This document shows positions 1 to 8,681 of a DNA stretch of 41,176 nucleotides, piece by piece; within the stretch, counting starts at the first letter, position 1, and each line of letters begins with the position of its first letter. Source of the DNA: a virus (lineage: Duplodnaviria > Caudoviricetes); IMG/VR virus record IMGVR_UViG_3300002307_000101, positions 1 through 41,176 of that record. The stretch is one strand, 5' to 3'. The notes beneath the pieces were generated by a model. The model saw nothing but the letters and a program-made list of their open reading frames with translations, had not been told where the DNA came from and made no database searches. The translations under genes were made by a program, and so were the position numbers.

Positions 1-84
1 TCGTGGTCGGGGTCGTGGTCGGGGTCGTGGTCGGGGTCGTGGTCGTGGTCGGGGTCGAGGTCGGGGTCGAGGTCTATACTTTAA
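1..84 (+). CDS. 3' part of Ser-Trp/Ser-Gly/Ser-Arg repeat peptide (continues from 41033)
   Basis: Reads SWSGSWSGSWSGSWSWSGSRSGSRSIL-TAA(82-84); TCG-NGG hexamer repeats. Confidence 0.7.
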   Translation, partial: SWSGSWSGSWSGSWSWSGSRSGSRSIL

Positions 85-105
85 CAACAACGAAAGGACT
101 ATATA

Positions 106-870
106 ATGTTAGCATACCACAATGATCCAAAACTAAAAGAATCAGTGCTTGCAGAAATGGCAATGCACCGAGAGGCTGATAATCTGCGTCAATCCTACGG
201 ATACTGGAAAGACGGCAAAGGCTGCGCTGTCGGTTGTTTGATAAAGTCAGGCAGTCACATTGAATACGAGAAGAAATTCGGTATTCCTGTCTATTTGGCT
301 AAGCTCGAAGATGGGATTTTTGAACGTCTGTCAGTGGAAGAATCGAAGTTGTGGCCTGAGCGTTTTTTAGGAGCAATAAGGCCAGGTGCAGATCTGAGCA
401 TGGTTTTTTACCGTTTTACGTATTTGTTACTGGTAGATAAAGATTATGGTGTATTACAGTACGCTAGGTCGGAAAAATCTAAAAAACACATTTCGCTAGT
501 CGCTGACTTGTTCTTAAAAAAGATTAATGGCGAAAAGGTAACACACAGGCAGTGGGAATATGCTGCTTATGCTGCTGATGATGCTGCTGATGCTTATGCT
601 GATGCTTATGCTGATGCTTATGCTGCTGATGCTGCTGCTTATGCTGCTGCTTATGCTGCTGCTTATGCTGCTGCTGATGCTGCTGCTGCTAATGCTGCTG
701 ATGCTGCTTATGCTGCTTATGCTGCTTATGATGCTGCTGCTTATGCTGCTGATGATGCTTATGCTGCTTATGATGCTGATGCTGCTGATGCTGCTGCTGA
801 TGCTGCTGCAAGAAAGAAACACACAAATATTCAGGCAGATAAACTTATCGAATTACTGGAGGCAGCATGA
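106..870 (+). CDS. Hypothetical protein with Ala/Asp/Tyr low-complexity tract
   Basis: RBS GAAAGGA; globular N-terminus (GCAVGC); ATGA overlap with next gene. Confidence 0.85.
   Translation: MLAYHNDPKLKESVLAEMAMHREADNLRQSYGYWKDGKGCAVGCLIKSGSHIEYEKKFGIPVYLAKLEDGIFERLSVEESKLWPERFLGAIRPGADLSMVFYRFTYLLLVDKDYGVLQYARSEKSKKHISLVADLFLKKINGEKVTHRQWEYAAYAADDAADAYADAYADAYAADAAAYAAAYAAAYAAADAAAANAADAAYAAYAAYDAAAYAADDAYAAYDADAADAAADAAARKKHTNIQADKLIELLEAA
559..810 (+). repeat. Trinucleotide-type coding repeat (GCT/GAT/TAT/AAT codons)
   Basis: About 84 codons built almost entirely from four NNT codons. Confidence 0.95.
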
Positions 871-1133
871 CAGAGGAAAATGTAGGGCAGGACTATCTTG
901 ATTGGATTGCCGGTACTGTTGGCAAACCAATAGGAATGGGGGACGCATGGCAAGCCGCCCACAACTTCTATGCGCCGAAGCTGACGGAGGCAGAGGCTGT
1001 GGAAGCTTTTGAGGAGCTAATATACAAAGCTGTTGTTGACTTTGAAGGTGGTGTTTATTCTACAAAGTTTGCGGAAAGAATGATAGGTGACCTCAAATCA
1101 GCGGGCATGACTTTTAAATCAGAGGAGAAGTAG
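867..1133 (+). CDS. Hypothetical protein
   Basis: 88 aa; RBS GGAGG; coupled to upstream gene. Confidence 0.75.
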   Translation: MTEENVGQDYLDWIAGTVGKPIGMGDAWQAAHNFYAPKLTEAEAVEAFEELIYKAVVDFEGGVYSTKFAERMIGDLKSAGMTFKSEEK

Positions 1134-1134
1134 T

Positions 1135-1359
1135 ATGACCCTCACTCCAGAACAACGCGCCGCCGGAGAGTGGTATGCTATGTACTGTCACCAGAGAATT
1201 GATATGCCACCGGAAATCTACGCAGACTTTATGGATGCAATGCTGAAGGCCATGGAGATGAATGAGAATGTTCTTAGTCGCGCAGTACGCGCTCATAAAG
1301 CCCACCTAGCTGAGAAGCTTGGGGTGGAGTTAAACAGGAATGAAGGACAGTCGTTATGA
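1135..1359 (+). CDS. Hypothetical protein
   Basis: 74 aa; RBS AGGAG; tight packing. Confidence 0.75.
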   Translation: MTLTPEQRAAGEWYAMYCHQRIDMPPEIYADFMDAMLKAMEMNENVLSRAVRAHKAHLAEKLGVELNRNEGQSL

Positions 1360-1988
1360 ATATACAAATAAAACACAAATTCAACCTATCGGTGCTTTTC
1401 GAGGGTGAGTATGCTTCTATAAAAGAGGCTGTTGTTGATGCTGTGAGCAAAAACGCAGACCTCGGGGGCGCAAACCTCGGAGGCGCATACCTCAAAGGCG
1501 CATACCTCGGGGGCGCATACCTCGGAGGCGCATACCTCGGAGGCGCAGACCTCAGAGGCGCAGACCTCAGAGGCGCAAACCTCGGAGGCGCAGACCTCGG
1601 AGGCGCAAACCTCGGAGGCGCAGACCTCGGAGGCGCATACCTCAAAGGCGCAAACCTCGGAGGCGCATACCTCGGGGGCGCATACCTCGGAGGCGCAGAC
1701 CTCAGAGGCGCATACCTCAAAGGCGCAAACCTCGGAGGCGCATACCTCAAAGGCGCAAACCTCGGAGGCGAGAAAATAACTAAGGAGCCAATACAAATCT
1801 TGGGGTTACGTTGGTTTATTCTCATCACGTCGCTCTATATGTCCGTAGGATGTGAGCGGCACACACATGAAAAGTGGGCGGCGTTTGACAGGCTTGCGAT
1901 AAGTAAAATGGACTCAGGCGCATGGGACTGGTGGCAGAAGCACAAAGACTTACTATTAGCGGCATGTCAGCAGCATAGAGAGGAATGA
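1356..1988 (+). CDS. Pentapeptide-repeat protein
   Basis: 21 GA(D/N/Y)L(G/R/K)-type pentapeptides between short globular ends. Confidence 0.92.
   Translation: MNIQIKHKFNLSVLFEGEYASIKEAVVDAVSKNADLGGANLGGAYLKGAYLGGAYLGGAYLGGADLRGADLRGANLGGADLGGANLGGADLGGAYLKGANLGGAYLGGAYLGGADLRGAYLKGANLGGAYLKGANLGGEKITKEPIQILGLRWFILITSLYMSVGCERHTHEKWAAFDRLAISKMDSGAWDWWQKHKDLLLAACQQHREE
1452..1766 (+). repeat. 15-bp tandem repeat GGCGCA(N)ACCTC(RRA), about 21 copies
   Basis: Directly visible. Confidence 0.95.
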
Positions 1989-2128
1989 AGGACATGTCCG
2001 AAGCTGACCACGACTCACCACCGGAGAATGCGCCAGACAAGGTGACGTTCCTGACGCTATTTAGTGTGATGTTTGTAGTGGCTGCTGCTGGAATTAAAAT
2101 GGATAAACAAAAAGGGAGAGGGAGATGA
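1985..2128 (+). CDS. Small putative membrane protein, 47 aa (not in ORF track)
   Basis: [47 protein letters not shown]; ATGA overlaps at both ends. Confidence 0.6.
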   Translation: MKDMSEADHDSPPENAPDKVTFLTLFSVMFVVAAAGIKMDKQKGRGR

Positions 2129-2484
2129 CCAACATATTTGAGAACGCCAAGAGCGGCGATGAGTACAAAGACAAAGCAGGATTCTCATGGTTTTATGTGG
2201 GGGTAAATAACTCGCAGCCAAGGAGCGCACCTTTTGTGCTGGCCTCTATCAGCGGCAGTCTTGAATATTTTCACAAGTCAGGCATTGGTGCGAAAGAAGG
2301 CTATCAACTCACCTCCGTGCCTAAAAAGCGCACTACCCCGGGTTTTTGGGTGAATTTTTATGATAATACTATTGGCTTGCGCATATTTTTCTCACGAGAA
2401 GCAGCTCTACGTTTTAAGAAAGAAAATTCCATCGCTTTCCTTTACTACGAACCCAGGGAGTATACGGAGGGAGAGGATTTATGA
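2125..2484 (+). CDS. Hypothetical protein
   Basis: 119 aa; RBS GGGAG; coupled. Confidence 0.75.
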   Translation: MTNIFENAKSGDEYKDKAGFSWFYVGVNNSQPRSAPFVLASISGSLEYFHKSGIGAKEGYQLTSVPKKRTTPGFWVNFYDNTIGLRIFFSREAALRFKKENSIAFLYYEPREYTEGEDL

Positions 2485-2882
2485 CCGCAGAAACCATACA
2501 AAACCTGATGACGAAGGATAGGGATGGCCTGTTGCCTTGCGCTGTGTGCGGTGGAAATGGCTTAGTTACAACATGGGCATCAGGAGTTTCCATCGAGTGT
2601 GTAAAGTGCGAATATCTATTAAGCACTCTCGGAAAGACTGTGGCGCAAACTATAGACACATGGAACACTCGTCCTGCTCACAAGGCCATCACCGAGCTTC
2701 TGGGGGTGATTGAGACTGTTAGATATTCGCTCAAGATGCTTCTCTCTGACATTGAGGATTACCAGCACATAAATAATCTAGGTGGAGAAGACAATCATGC
2801 GCAAGTTATAGCACGAGGTGTCATTGAAGTCAGCGAGCCATACGTCAAACTTCTGGAATCAACAACGCCGGAGGTGAAGTAG
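2481..2882 (+). CDS. Lar-like (restriction alleviation family) zinc-finger protein
   Basis: LLPCAVCGG...CVKC...WNTRP matches the LxPCPFCG...CxxC...WNxR family pattern. Confidence 0.65.
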   Translation: MTAETIQNLMTKDRDGLLPCAVCGGNGLVTTWASGVSIECVKCEYLLSTLGKTVAQTIDTWNTRPAHKAITELLGVIETVRYSLKMLLSDIEDYQHINNLGGEDNHAQVIARGVIEVSEPYVKLLESTTPEVK

Positions 2883-2883
2883 T

Positions 2884-2979
2884 ATGAAACGAAATTACGA
2901 ACTCCTATCTCTTATCATACTCATAGCCGGTGTGGTAGCCCTGTTCTTCACTGCTATTGAAGAGAGCTGGCTGCAATGA
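2884..2979 (+). CDS. Small membrane peptide, 31 aa (not in ORF track)
   Basis: MKRNYELLSLIILIAGVVALFFTAIEESWLQ; RBS GGAGGTG; stop overlaps the polymerase ATG. Confidence 0.6.
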   Translation: MKRNYELLSLIILIAGVVALFFTAIEESWLQ

Positions 2980-4757
2980 ACCTTATCACCTTGGATTTTG
3001 AAACCTACTTTACTGACGACTACACGCTTTCCAAGATGACAACGGAAAGCTACATACGCGACCCCAGGTTTAGCACACACTGTGTCGGTATAAGACACAA
3101 CTCTGCCCCCGCCGAAGTGTGGGAGGGCGCCCCCATACAGGATGAAGTGGCTATGCAGGAGGGGGCAGTAGTTTGTCACCACGCACACTTCGACGGGTTG
3201 ATACTCTCGCATCACTACGACATCAAGCCTGCATTCTGGTTTGACACACTTAGTATGGCGCGGCTGGTGTTCCCGCAGGCTAAGTCCCACAGTCTCGGTG
3301 CTTTAGTAAAGATGCTGGGCCTGCCGGAGAAGAACGTGCCGTACGGGTCGTTCAAGAATATCCGCGAGCTTCCGCCTGAGCTTTATGATAAAGTAGCGGC
3401 GGGTTGCGCGAACGACGTGGAGCTTACGTATGCCGTGTTTCAACAACTACTTCCTTTGGTGCCTCGCAGCGAACTGCGTCTTATTGATATCACTATACGC
3501 ATGTTCACTGAGCCTGCTCTTGGCCTTAATAGAGCTGTGCTGCATGACTATCTCAAAACTTCAAAGGAACAAAAAGATGCGTTACTCGAGCAACTCGGAG
3601 TTACCAAAGAAACGCTGGGCAGTGCCCAAAAGTTTGCGTCCGCTCTACAAGCTCTGGGCGTGGAGCCTCCAACAAAAATATCGCCGCGCACGGGCGAAGT
3701 GGCATTCGCCTTCGCGAAATCCGACCAGGGATTAAAAGACCTGCTGGAGCACGAGGACGACCGCGTGGCGCTGCTGACCGAGGCGCGGCTGGAGAATAAA
3801 TCCAATATCCTTGAGACACGCGGACAGCGGATGCTGGATATGGACGCACGCGGAGCGATGTGCGTGTACCTCAAATACTATGGCGCACATACGGGACGCT
3901 GGAGCGGCGGAGACAAAATGAACTGGCAGAATTTCAAACGCGGCTCAGCGCTCAGAGAAGCTATACTCGCGCCTGAAGGCTATGTGCTGGTCGTGATTGA
4001 CTTGGCGCAGATTGAGTGCCGTGTGTTAAACTGGCTGGCAGGTCAGCACGACGTGCTTGAGTTGTTCGCCGGCGGGCAGGACGTGTACTGTGCGCAGGCC
4101 ACGAAGGCGCTGGGCAGGACAATAACTAAAGCGGATAGAGCAGAGCGACACCTGTTTAAGACAGCGGAGCTTGGTCTAGGCTACGGCATGGGTGCCAAGA
4201 AATTCGCCAGTGTGTTACAAATGCAGGGTATAGAGGCGGACGCGGAAGCAATGGTTGCGACGTATCGGGGAAACCACAGGCAAGTAGTGGCTTTATGGAA
4301 AGAGGCGGACACCGCGCTGGAGCATCTACTTACTGCTACCCCCCAGTATAGTAGTGGGTATGTACTTGGCGACACGAAGTCCCCTGTCGTCCGCGCGTAC
4401 AATAAAAAGATTTTCTATCCCGGCGGCTCATGGTCGGACTACACCCCCCTACAACATGATGGGCAGGAGTACTTCATGGACACGCGGCGCGGCAGGACGA
4501 AGATGTACGGCGCGAAGCTGGTCGAGAACGTTGTGCAAGCGCTGAGTCGGAACATACTCGCGGAAGCAATGACAAAGATAGCCGCAAAATATAAACTGGC
4601 CACTACCACACACGACGAGGTAGTGTACTTAGCGCCGGAGTCAGAAGCACAAGCGGCTTTGGCGTTCGGATTGAATGTAATGAAGACGCCCCCTGCGTGG
4701 TGCAAGGGGCTGCCACTGGACGCGGAGGGGGGCTATGCGCGAAATTACAGTAAATAA
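2976..4757 (+). CDS. polA: DNA polymerase, family A, with 3'-5' exonuclease
   Basis: Exo I LDFET; HTGRWSG; motif A DLAQIECR; motif B RHLFKTAELGLGYG; motif C THDE. Confidence 0.95.
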   Translation: MNLITLDFETYFTDDYTLSKMTTESYIRDPRFSTHCVGIRHNSAPAEVWEGAPIQDEVAMQEGAVVCHHAHFDGLILSHHYDIKPAFWFDTLSMARLVFPQAKSHSLGALVKMLGLPEKNVPYGSFKNIRELPPELYDKVAAGCANDVELTYAVFQQLLPLVPRSELRLIDITIRMFTEPALGLNRAVLHDYLKTSKEQKDALLEQLGVTKETLGSAQKFASALQALGVEPPTKISPRTGEVAFAFAKSDQGLKDLLEHEDDRVALLTEARLENKSNILETRGQRMLDMDARGAMCVYLKYYGAHTGRWSGGDKMNWQNFKRGSALREAILAPEGYVLVVIDLAQIECRVLNWLAGQHDVLELFAGGQDVYCAQATKALGRTITKADRAERHLFKTAELGLGYGMGAKKFASVLQMQGIEADAEAMVATYRGNHRQVVALWKEADTALEHLLTATPQYSSGYVLGDTKSPVVRAYNKKIFYPGGSWSDYTPLQHDGQEYFMDTRRGRTKMYGAKLVENVVQALSRNILAEAMTKIAAKYKLATTTHDEVVYLAPESEAQAALAFGLNVMKTPPAWCKGLPLDAEGGYARNYSK

Positions 4758-4995
4758 TACTCTGGACAGCCAAACAAATGTCCTTCGTATGTTAGAGATG
4801 CTCGAAGAAATAGGCCGCAGGCTGACCAAACTGGAATCGGAGATGTATAACTCAGTCCTCTGGGCGGATAGGTGGGCGAAGGAGCAGTGCCAGTTAGGGC
4901 TTATTGTTAAGTCGTTCCACGAGCACGCGCTTACGAAAGCGGAGATAGACGACATGCGGGCGTTCATGCAGGAGTTCAGGGAGTTTTTGAAATGA
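4735..4995 (+). CDS. Hypothetical protein
   Basis: 86 aa; RBS GGAGGGG; coupled to next gene. Confidence 0.6.
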   Translation: MREITVNNTLDSQTNVLRMLEMLEEIGRRLTKLESEMYNSVLWADRWAKEQCQLGLIVKSFHEHALTKAEIDDMRAFMQEFREFLK

Positions 4996-5639
4996 CATTC
5001 GCTTGGTCTTACTCATCACTGGACACCTACACACAATGCCCTCGCAGGTTCTATCACAAATACATCCTGCGCGAGAAGGAGCCACCGTCGCCCGCGCTCG
5101 ACCGCGGTAACGCCGTACATAAAGCCTGCGAGAGCTACCTCAAGGGCGGCGCGCCTGTAGATGCACCGTACGCCCCGCTGGTTGAAGCGGTGAAGCGCAA
5201 GGCGCAGCCGCATAACCTGCACGTCGAGAAGAAGATGGGGCTGCTGGGTAACTGCGAGCCGTGCGGATTCTTCGACGACCGTGTATGGGGCAGAGGTGCT
5301 GCGGACGTCGTCATCGAGGACGGCGAGCACGCATTTATTGCGGACTGGAAGACCGGCAAGATACGTGAGAAGGCAGCGCAGTTAGCAATACTTTCTCTCT
5401 TTGTGTTCAAGCACTTCCCGGAAGTATTGAAGATAACAGCCTGCAACATATGGCTGGAACATAGTAAAGTCGGCACGCCGTACGAGTTCACCCGCGAGGA
5501 CTCACATACTATGTGGGCGTCGATGATTAGACAGATTCAGGAGGTGGAGAAATCCATCGCTGACCAGAAGTACGACATGAAGCCTGGGCCTTTATGCGCA
5601 TATTGCCGCGTAACTCAATGCCCAAATAACAGGAGATGA
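4992..5639 (+). CDS. PD-(D/E)xK nuclease (RecB/Cas4-like exonuclease)
   Basis: WSYSSLDTYTQCP, RGNAVH, D...ADWKTG, C-terminal CxxCxxxxC. Confidence 0.88.
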   Translation: MTFAWSYSSLDTYTQCPRRFYHKYILREKEPPSPALDRGNAVHKACESYLKGGAPVDAPYAPLVEAVKRKAQPHNLHVEKKMGLLGNCEPCGFFDDRVWGRGAADVVIEDGEHAFIADWKTGKIREKAAQLAILSLFVFKHFPEVLKITACNIWLEHSKVGTPYEFTREDSHTMWASMIRQIQEVEKSIADQKYDMKPGPLCAYCRVTQCPNNRR

Positions 5640-5641
5640 CT

Positions 5642-5776
5642 ATGGCTAAAGCTAAAAAACCAATCAAGACAGTAGTAAAAGCCGGCAAAGGGTTTGCCGC
5701 TAAAGGTTCTAAAATGCCAAAAGACGCTGCCAAGGCAAAAGGCAAAGTAGCGAAGAAGGCAACAAAGCGTGGCTAA
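5642..5776 (+). CDS. Small Lys/Ala-rich basic protein (histone H1-like composition), 44 aa (not in ORF track)
   Basis: MAKAKKPIKTVVKAGKGFAAKGSKMPKDAAKAKGKVAKKATKRG; RBS AGGAG; fills the gap between neighbours. Confidence 0.7.
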   Translation: MAKAKKPIKTVVKAGKGFAAKGSKMPKDAAKAKGKVAKKATKRG

Positions 5777-6053
5777 TCCCACGTTTTACGAGAAGCTGGC
5801 AGCGGACATCGTGCAGGTGTCCGCCGCCGGCGACGACGCTGTGACGCAGGATAAAGTAGCGGGTATATGCTGGGCGCTGGAGAACTTCCTCATTTCCCAG
5901 GGCAATATACAGGGCTACAGCGTCGTGGCGGCGTTCATGGTGTCGCTTGTTATGCTTAAACGGGCTATGGTTGCAGCGAAGCCCGACGAGCGCGTACTGA
6001 TAGAGGGACTTATAAAATCAATAATAGGCAGCTTCGGGGAGAAGGTACATTAA
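5769..6053 (+). CDS. Hypothetical protein
   Basis: 94 aa; GTG start. Confidence 0.65.
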   Translation: MANPTFYEKLAADIVQVSAAGDDAVTQDKVAGICWALENFLISQGNIQGYSVVAAFMVSLVMLKRAMVAAKPDERVLIEGLIKSIIGSFGEKVH

Positions 6054-6077
6054 TGGACTACACAAGGGGAGTGTATA

Positions 6078-6383
6078 ATGTCAGAAAAGAAAGCTAAAGC
6101 CGAGATAAAGGCGTTTCTGGACGCGCTTGGCGAGGACTGCTGGTACTTCATGCCGCTCATGATGGGGTATGGACGCAAGGGTATACCGGACATTATTGGC
6201 GGCTTCAGAGGCCAGATGTTCGCGCTTGAGGTAAAAGCACCCGGCAAAGAGATGGGCACAACCAATTGGCAGGATATGGAGATTATAGCTATCCGCAAAG
6301 CAGGCGGGGTGTGCGCTGTCGTCACCAGTGTTGCTGAAGTTAAGGGTGTGTTTGCGAGGCAGATGGATGTTATTCAGCACTAG
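6078..6383 (+). CDS. VRR-NUC family nuclease / resolvase
   Basis: MSE...GIPDII...FALEVKAP...Q...AGG. Confidence 0.88.
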   Translation: MSEKKAKAEIKAFLDALGEDCWYFMPLMMGYGRKGIPDIIGGFRGQMFALEVKAPGKEMGTTNWQDMEIIAIRKAGGVCAVVTSVAEVKGVFARQMDVIQH

Positions 6384-7938
6384 ATTTAATGTCGTCGTGT
6401 ACGACACGCCGCAGCCCATGCGGATTGGGAACTGCATTGCAGACGCACGTCTGCTGTCTCCCACACAGGTTGCTGTGCCCTGCACTATCGACAACATGAG
6501 CACAATGGCACGCTTGGGCTATGAGTCGCTGTCGCCCATACTGCGCGACTATGACTGGCCCGCGAGGTTTAAGCCGTTCGAGCACCAGAAACACATGAGC
6601 GCGTTCATGACGCTGCACCCGCGCTGCTTCAATCTCAGCGATATGGGGACGGGCAAGACGCTCTCAGTACTTTGGGCGCTGGACTATTTAATGACTATGG
6701 GGCTGGTTAAGCGAGCCTTAATTATCACCCCTTTGTCAACCATTTACAGGGTATGGGAAAATGAAATCTTCACGCATCTGCTTTCGCGTCGTACGGCAAG
6801 TGTCCTGTATGGTGACAGAACTAAGCGTCTCGCAGCTCTGGGGAAGGATGTGGATTTCTACATCATCAATCACGACGGCCTCGGTGTTGGAAGCACGAAG
6901 GGCGTACGAGGAATGGTTTTGGGTAGCCTTGCTGAAACTATCCGAGACAGGCACGACATCGACGCCGTTGTCGTCGATGAAGGAAGCGTCTATAAAGACT
7001 CCGGCACAAACAGGTATAAAGTACTACGCGCGACGATTGCTGGAAAGCCTCGCGTGTGGTGGTTGACGGGCACACCAGTACCCGTAGAGCCATGCAACGC
7101 ATGGTCGCAGGCGCGCATCGTACGCCGTGATTATGAGGAGTCATATATGGGCTTCCGCGAGAGAACTATGTTCAAGGTGTCGCCGTTCAAGTGGGCCGCA
7201 AAGCAGGGTGCGTCGCAAGTAGCAGCGGGTATTTTGCAACCGGCCATACGCTACCACCGCGATGAGTGTCTTGACCTGCCCGACGTAGTGATAGAAACCC
7301 GTGACGTAGAACTCAGCACGGCGCAGAAAGCCGCCTACAAGCAACTCAAGGACACACTAAAAGTCAATATAGGTGCCGGGCAAATCACCGCGCTCAATGA
7401 GGCTACACTACGCCTAAAATTAATCCAGATTGCGTGCGGCGCAGTATATGGCCCCGACCACGAGACAAATAAAATAGATTGTGCTCCGCGTCTGTCCGTC
7501 CTGGAAGAAGTCATTGAGGAAGCAGGGCAAAAGATTTTAGTGTTTGCTCCCTTGACAAGTGTGATAAACCTGTTATACCAGACGCTCAAGAGTAGATACT
7601 CTGTCGAAAGGATAGTAGGTGATGTCACAGCCAAGCGCAGAAACGAAATATTTAGAGATTTCCAAAACGCTACAGACCCTCGAATCATTGTGGCTGACCC
7701 TAGAACAATGGCACACGGACTTACGCTCACAGCCGCATCTACCACTATCTGGTACGGACCGACCGACCAACCAGAAATCTATCAACAAGCTAACAAGCGA
7801 ATGGATAGACCTGGACAAACACATAAAATGCTTATTGTCAGACTCGCAGCAACGCCAATCGAACGAGAAATTTACCGACGACTAGACTCAAGAGAGACAA
7901 TGCAAGGTTTAATTTTAGATTTAATTAAGGAGGGGTAA
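6367..7938 (+). CDS. SNF2-like superfamily 2 helicase
   Basis: PFEHQ, DMGTGKT, VVDEGS, LTGTP, HGLTLT, QANKRMDRPGQ; ATG at 6367 preferred over 6328. Confidence 0.92.
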   Translation: MLFSTRFNVVVYDTPQPMRIGNCIADARLLSPTQVAVPCTIDNMSTMARLGYESLSPILRDYDWPARFKPFEHQKHMSAFMTLHPRCFNLSDMGTGKTLSVLWALDYLMTMGLVKRALIITPLSTIYRVWENEIFTHLLSRRTASVLYGDRTKRLAALGKDVDFYIINHDGLGVGSTKGVRGMVLGSLAETIRDRHDIDAVVVDEGSVYKDSGTNRYKVLRATIAGKPRVWWLTGTPVPVEPCNAWSQARIVRRDYEESYMGFRERTMFKVSPFKWAAKQGASQVAAGILQPAIRYHRDECLDLPDVVIETRDVELSTAQKAAYKQLKDTLKVNIGAGQITALNEATLRLKLIQIACGAVYGPDHETNKIDCAPRLSVLEEVIEEAGQKILVFAPLTSVINLLYQTLKSRYSVERIVGDVTAKRRNEIFRDFQNATDPRIIVADPRTMAHGLTLTAASTTIWYGPTDQPEIYQQANKRMDRPGQTHKMLIVRLAATPIEREIYRRLDSRETMQGLILDLIKEG

Positions 7939-7941
7939 GAA

Positions 7942-8418
7942 ATGCCAACCGTTGAAGAAGTAATAGCTAAATACGTCGAGCTGCGTGATCGCAAAGCCGA
8001 GAGGGTTAAGGTCCACCAGGCTGAGCTTGCACCTATTAATGAGGCTATGGACGCTATTGAGTCGTGGACTATGAAGCAGCTCAACGACACAGGTGTCGAT
8101 AGCTTCAAGACAAAAGCTGGTACGGCGTATAAAGCCGTGCAGCGGTCGGTGTCTTTGCAAGATGGGAAGGCGTTCAAGGAGTTTGTGTTTACTCCTGCTG
8201 TCGAGGCCATATACCATTACTTGACGAGTTCCGGCTACGACATACAACCTGCGGATTTGCAGGCTATAGATTCCTGTTTGCAGGAAAACACGCTCTGGGA
8301 TATGGTAGACTTTCGCGCTGGTAAAAAGGGTGTCACCGAGCACTTAGAGAAGTACGACGAGCTGCCCCCCGGCGTTTCCGTTGAATCAACAACCATAGTG
8401 AATGTGAGGCGAGCATGA
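7942..8418 (+). CDS. Conserved phage replication-region protein (coiled-coil N-terminus, PPGV C-terminus)
   Basis: 158 aa; RBS GGAGGGG. Confidence 0.8.
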   Translation: MPTVEEVIAKYVELRDRKAERVKVHQAELAPINEAMDAIESWTMKQLNDTGVDSFKTKAGTAYKAVQRSVSLQDGKAFKEFVFTPAVEAIYHYLTSSGYDIQPADLQAIDSCLQENTLWDMVDFRAGKKGVTEHLEKYDELPPGVSVESTTIVNVRRA

Positions 8419-8672
8419 TGTTAGCAGATGTAGCCCAGCTTATTATCCGTCATGCCGAGACGGGTCCGTCGGAGACTCCCGGCGAGCGGGTAAGAAATAG
8501 GCTGTCGCCCAGTATGGAGTCGTTCATTACGGAGACTATACGTGGGTATCTTATCCGGCAAACACAGTTGGCAAAACAGCAGGTTGCTGCGGAGCTGGCG
8601 ACGCTACCCGACGAAAACGCAGCAGTAATAGCCGCACGCATTAACGAGATTCTTCAAAACATCTATAAATAG
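8415..8672 (+). CDS. Hypothetical protein
   Basis: 85 aa; coupled. Confidence 0.65.
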   Translation: MMLADVAQLIIRHAETGPSETPGERVRNRLSPSMESFITETIRGYLIRQTQLAKQQVAAELATLPDENAAVIAARINEILQNIYK

Positions 8673-8681
8673 GGAGAGATT

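Noticed and set aside
514-901. Poly-Leu/Met ORF (560-901 +) and poly-Ser/Ile ORF (514-822 -)
   Set aside because: Shadow frames of the GCT-type repeat, which is stop-free in several frames; only 106-870 has an RBS and globular flanks.
1274-1828. Antisense repeat ORFs (APPRY..., ASEVC...)
   Set aside because: Shadows of the pentapeptide repeat.
1-1988. Diversity-generating retroelement explanation for repeat variation (AAC/GAC/TAC, AGG/NGG)
   Set aside because: No reverse transcriptase and no template/variable repeat pair seen; slippage and recombination are sufficient.
4992-5639. Cas4 as part of a CRISPR system
   Set aside because: Stand-alone Cas4/RecB-like nucleases are routine in phage replication modules.
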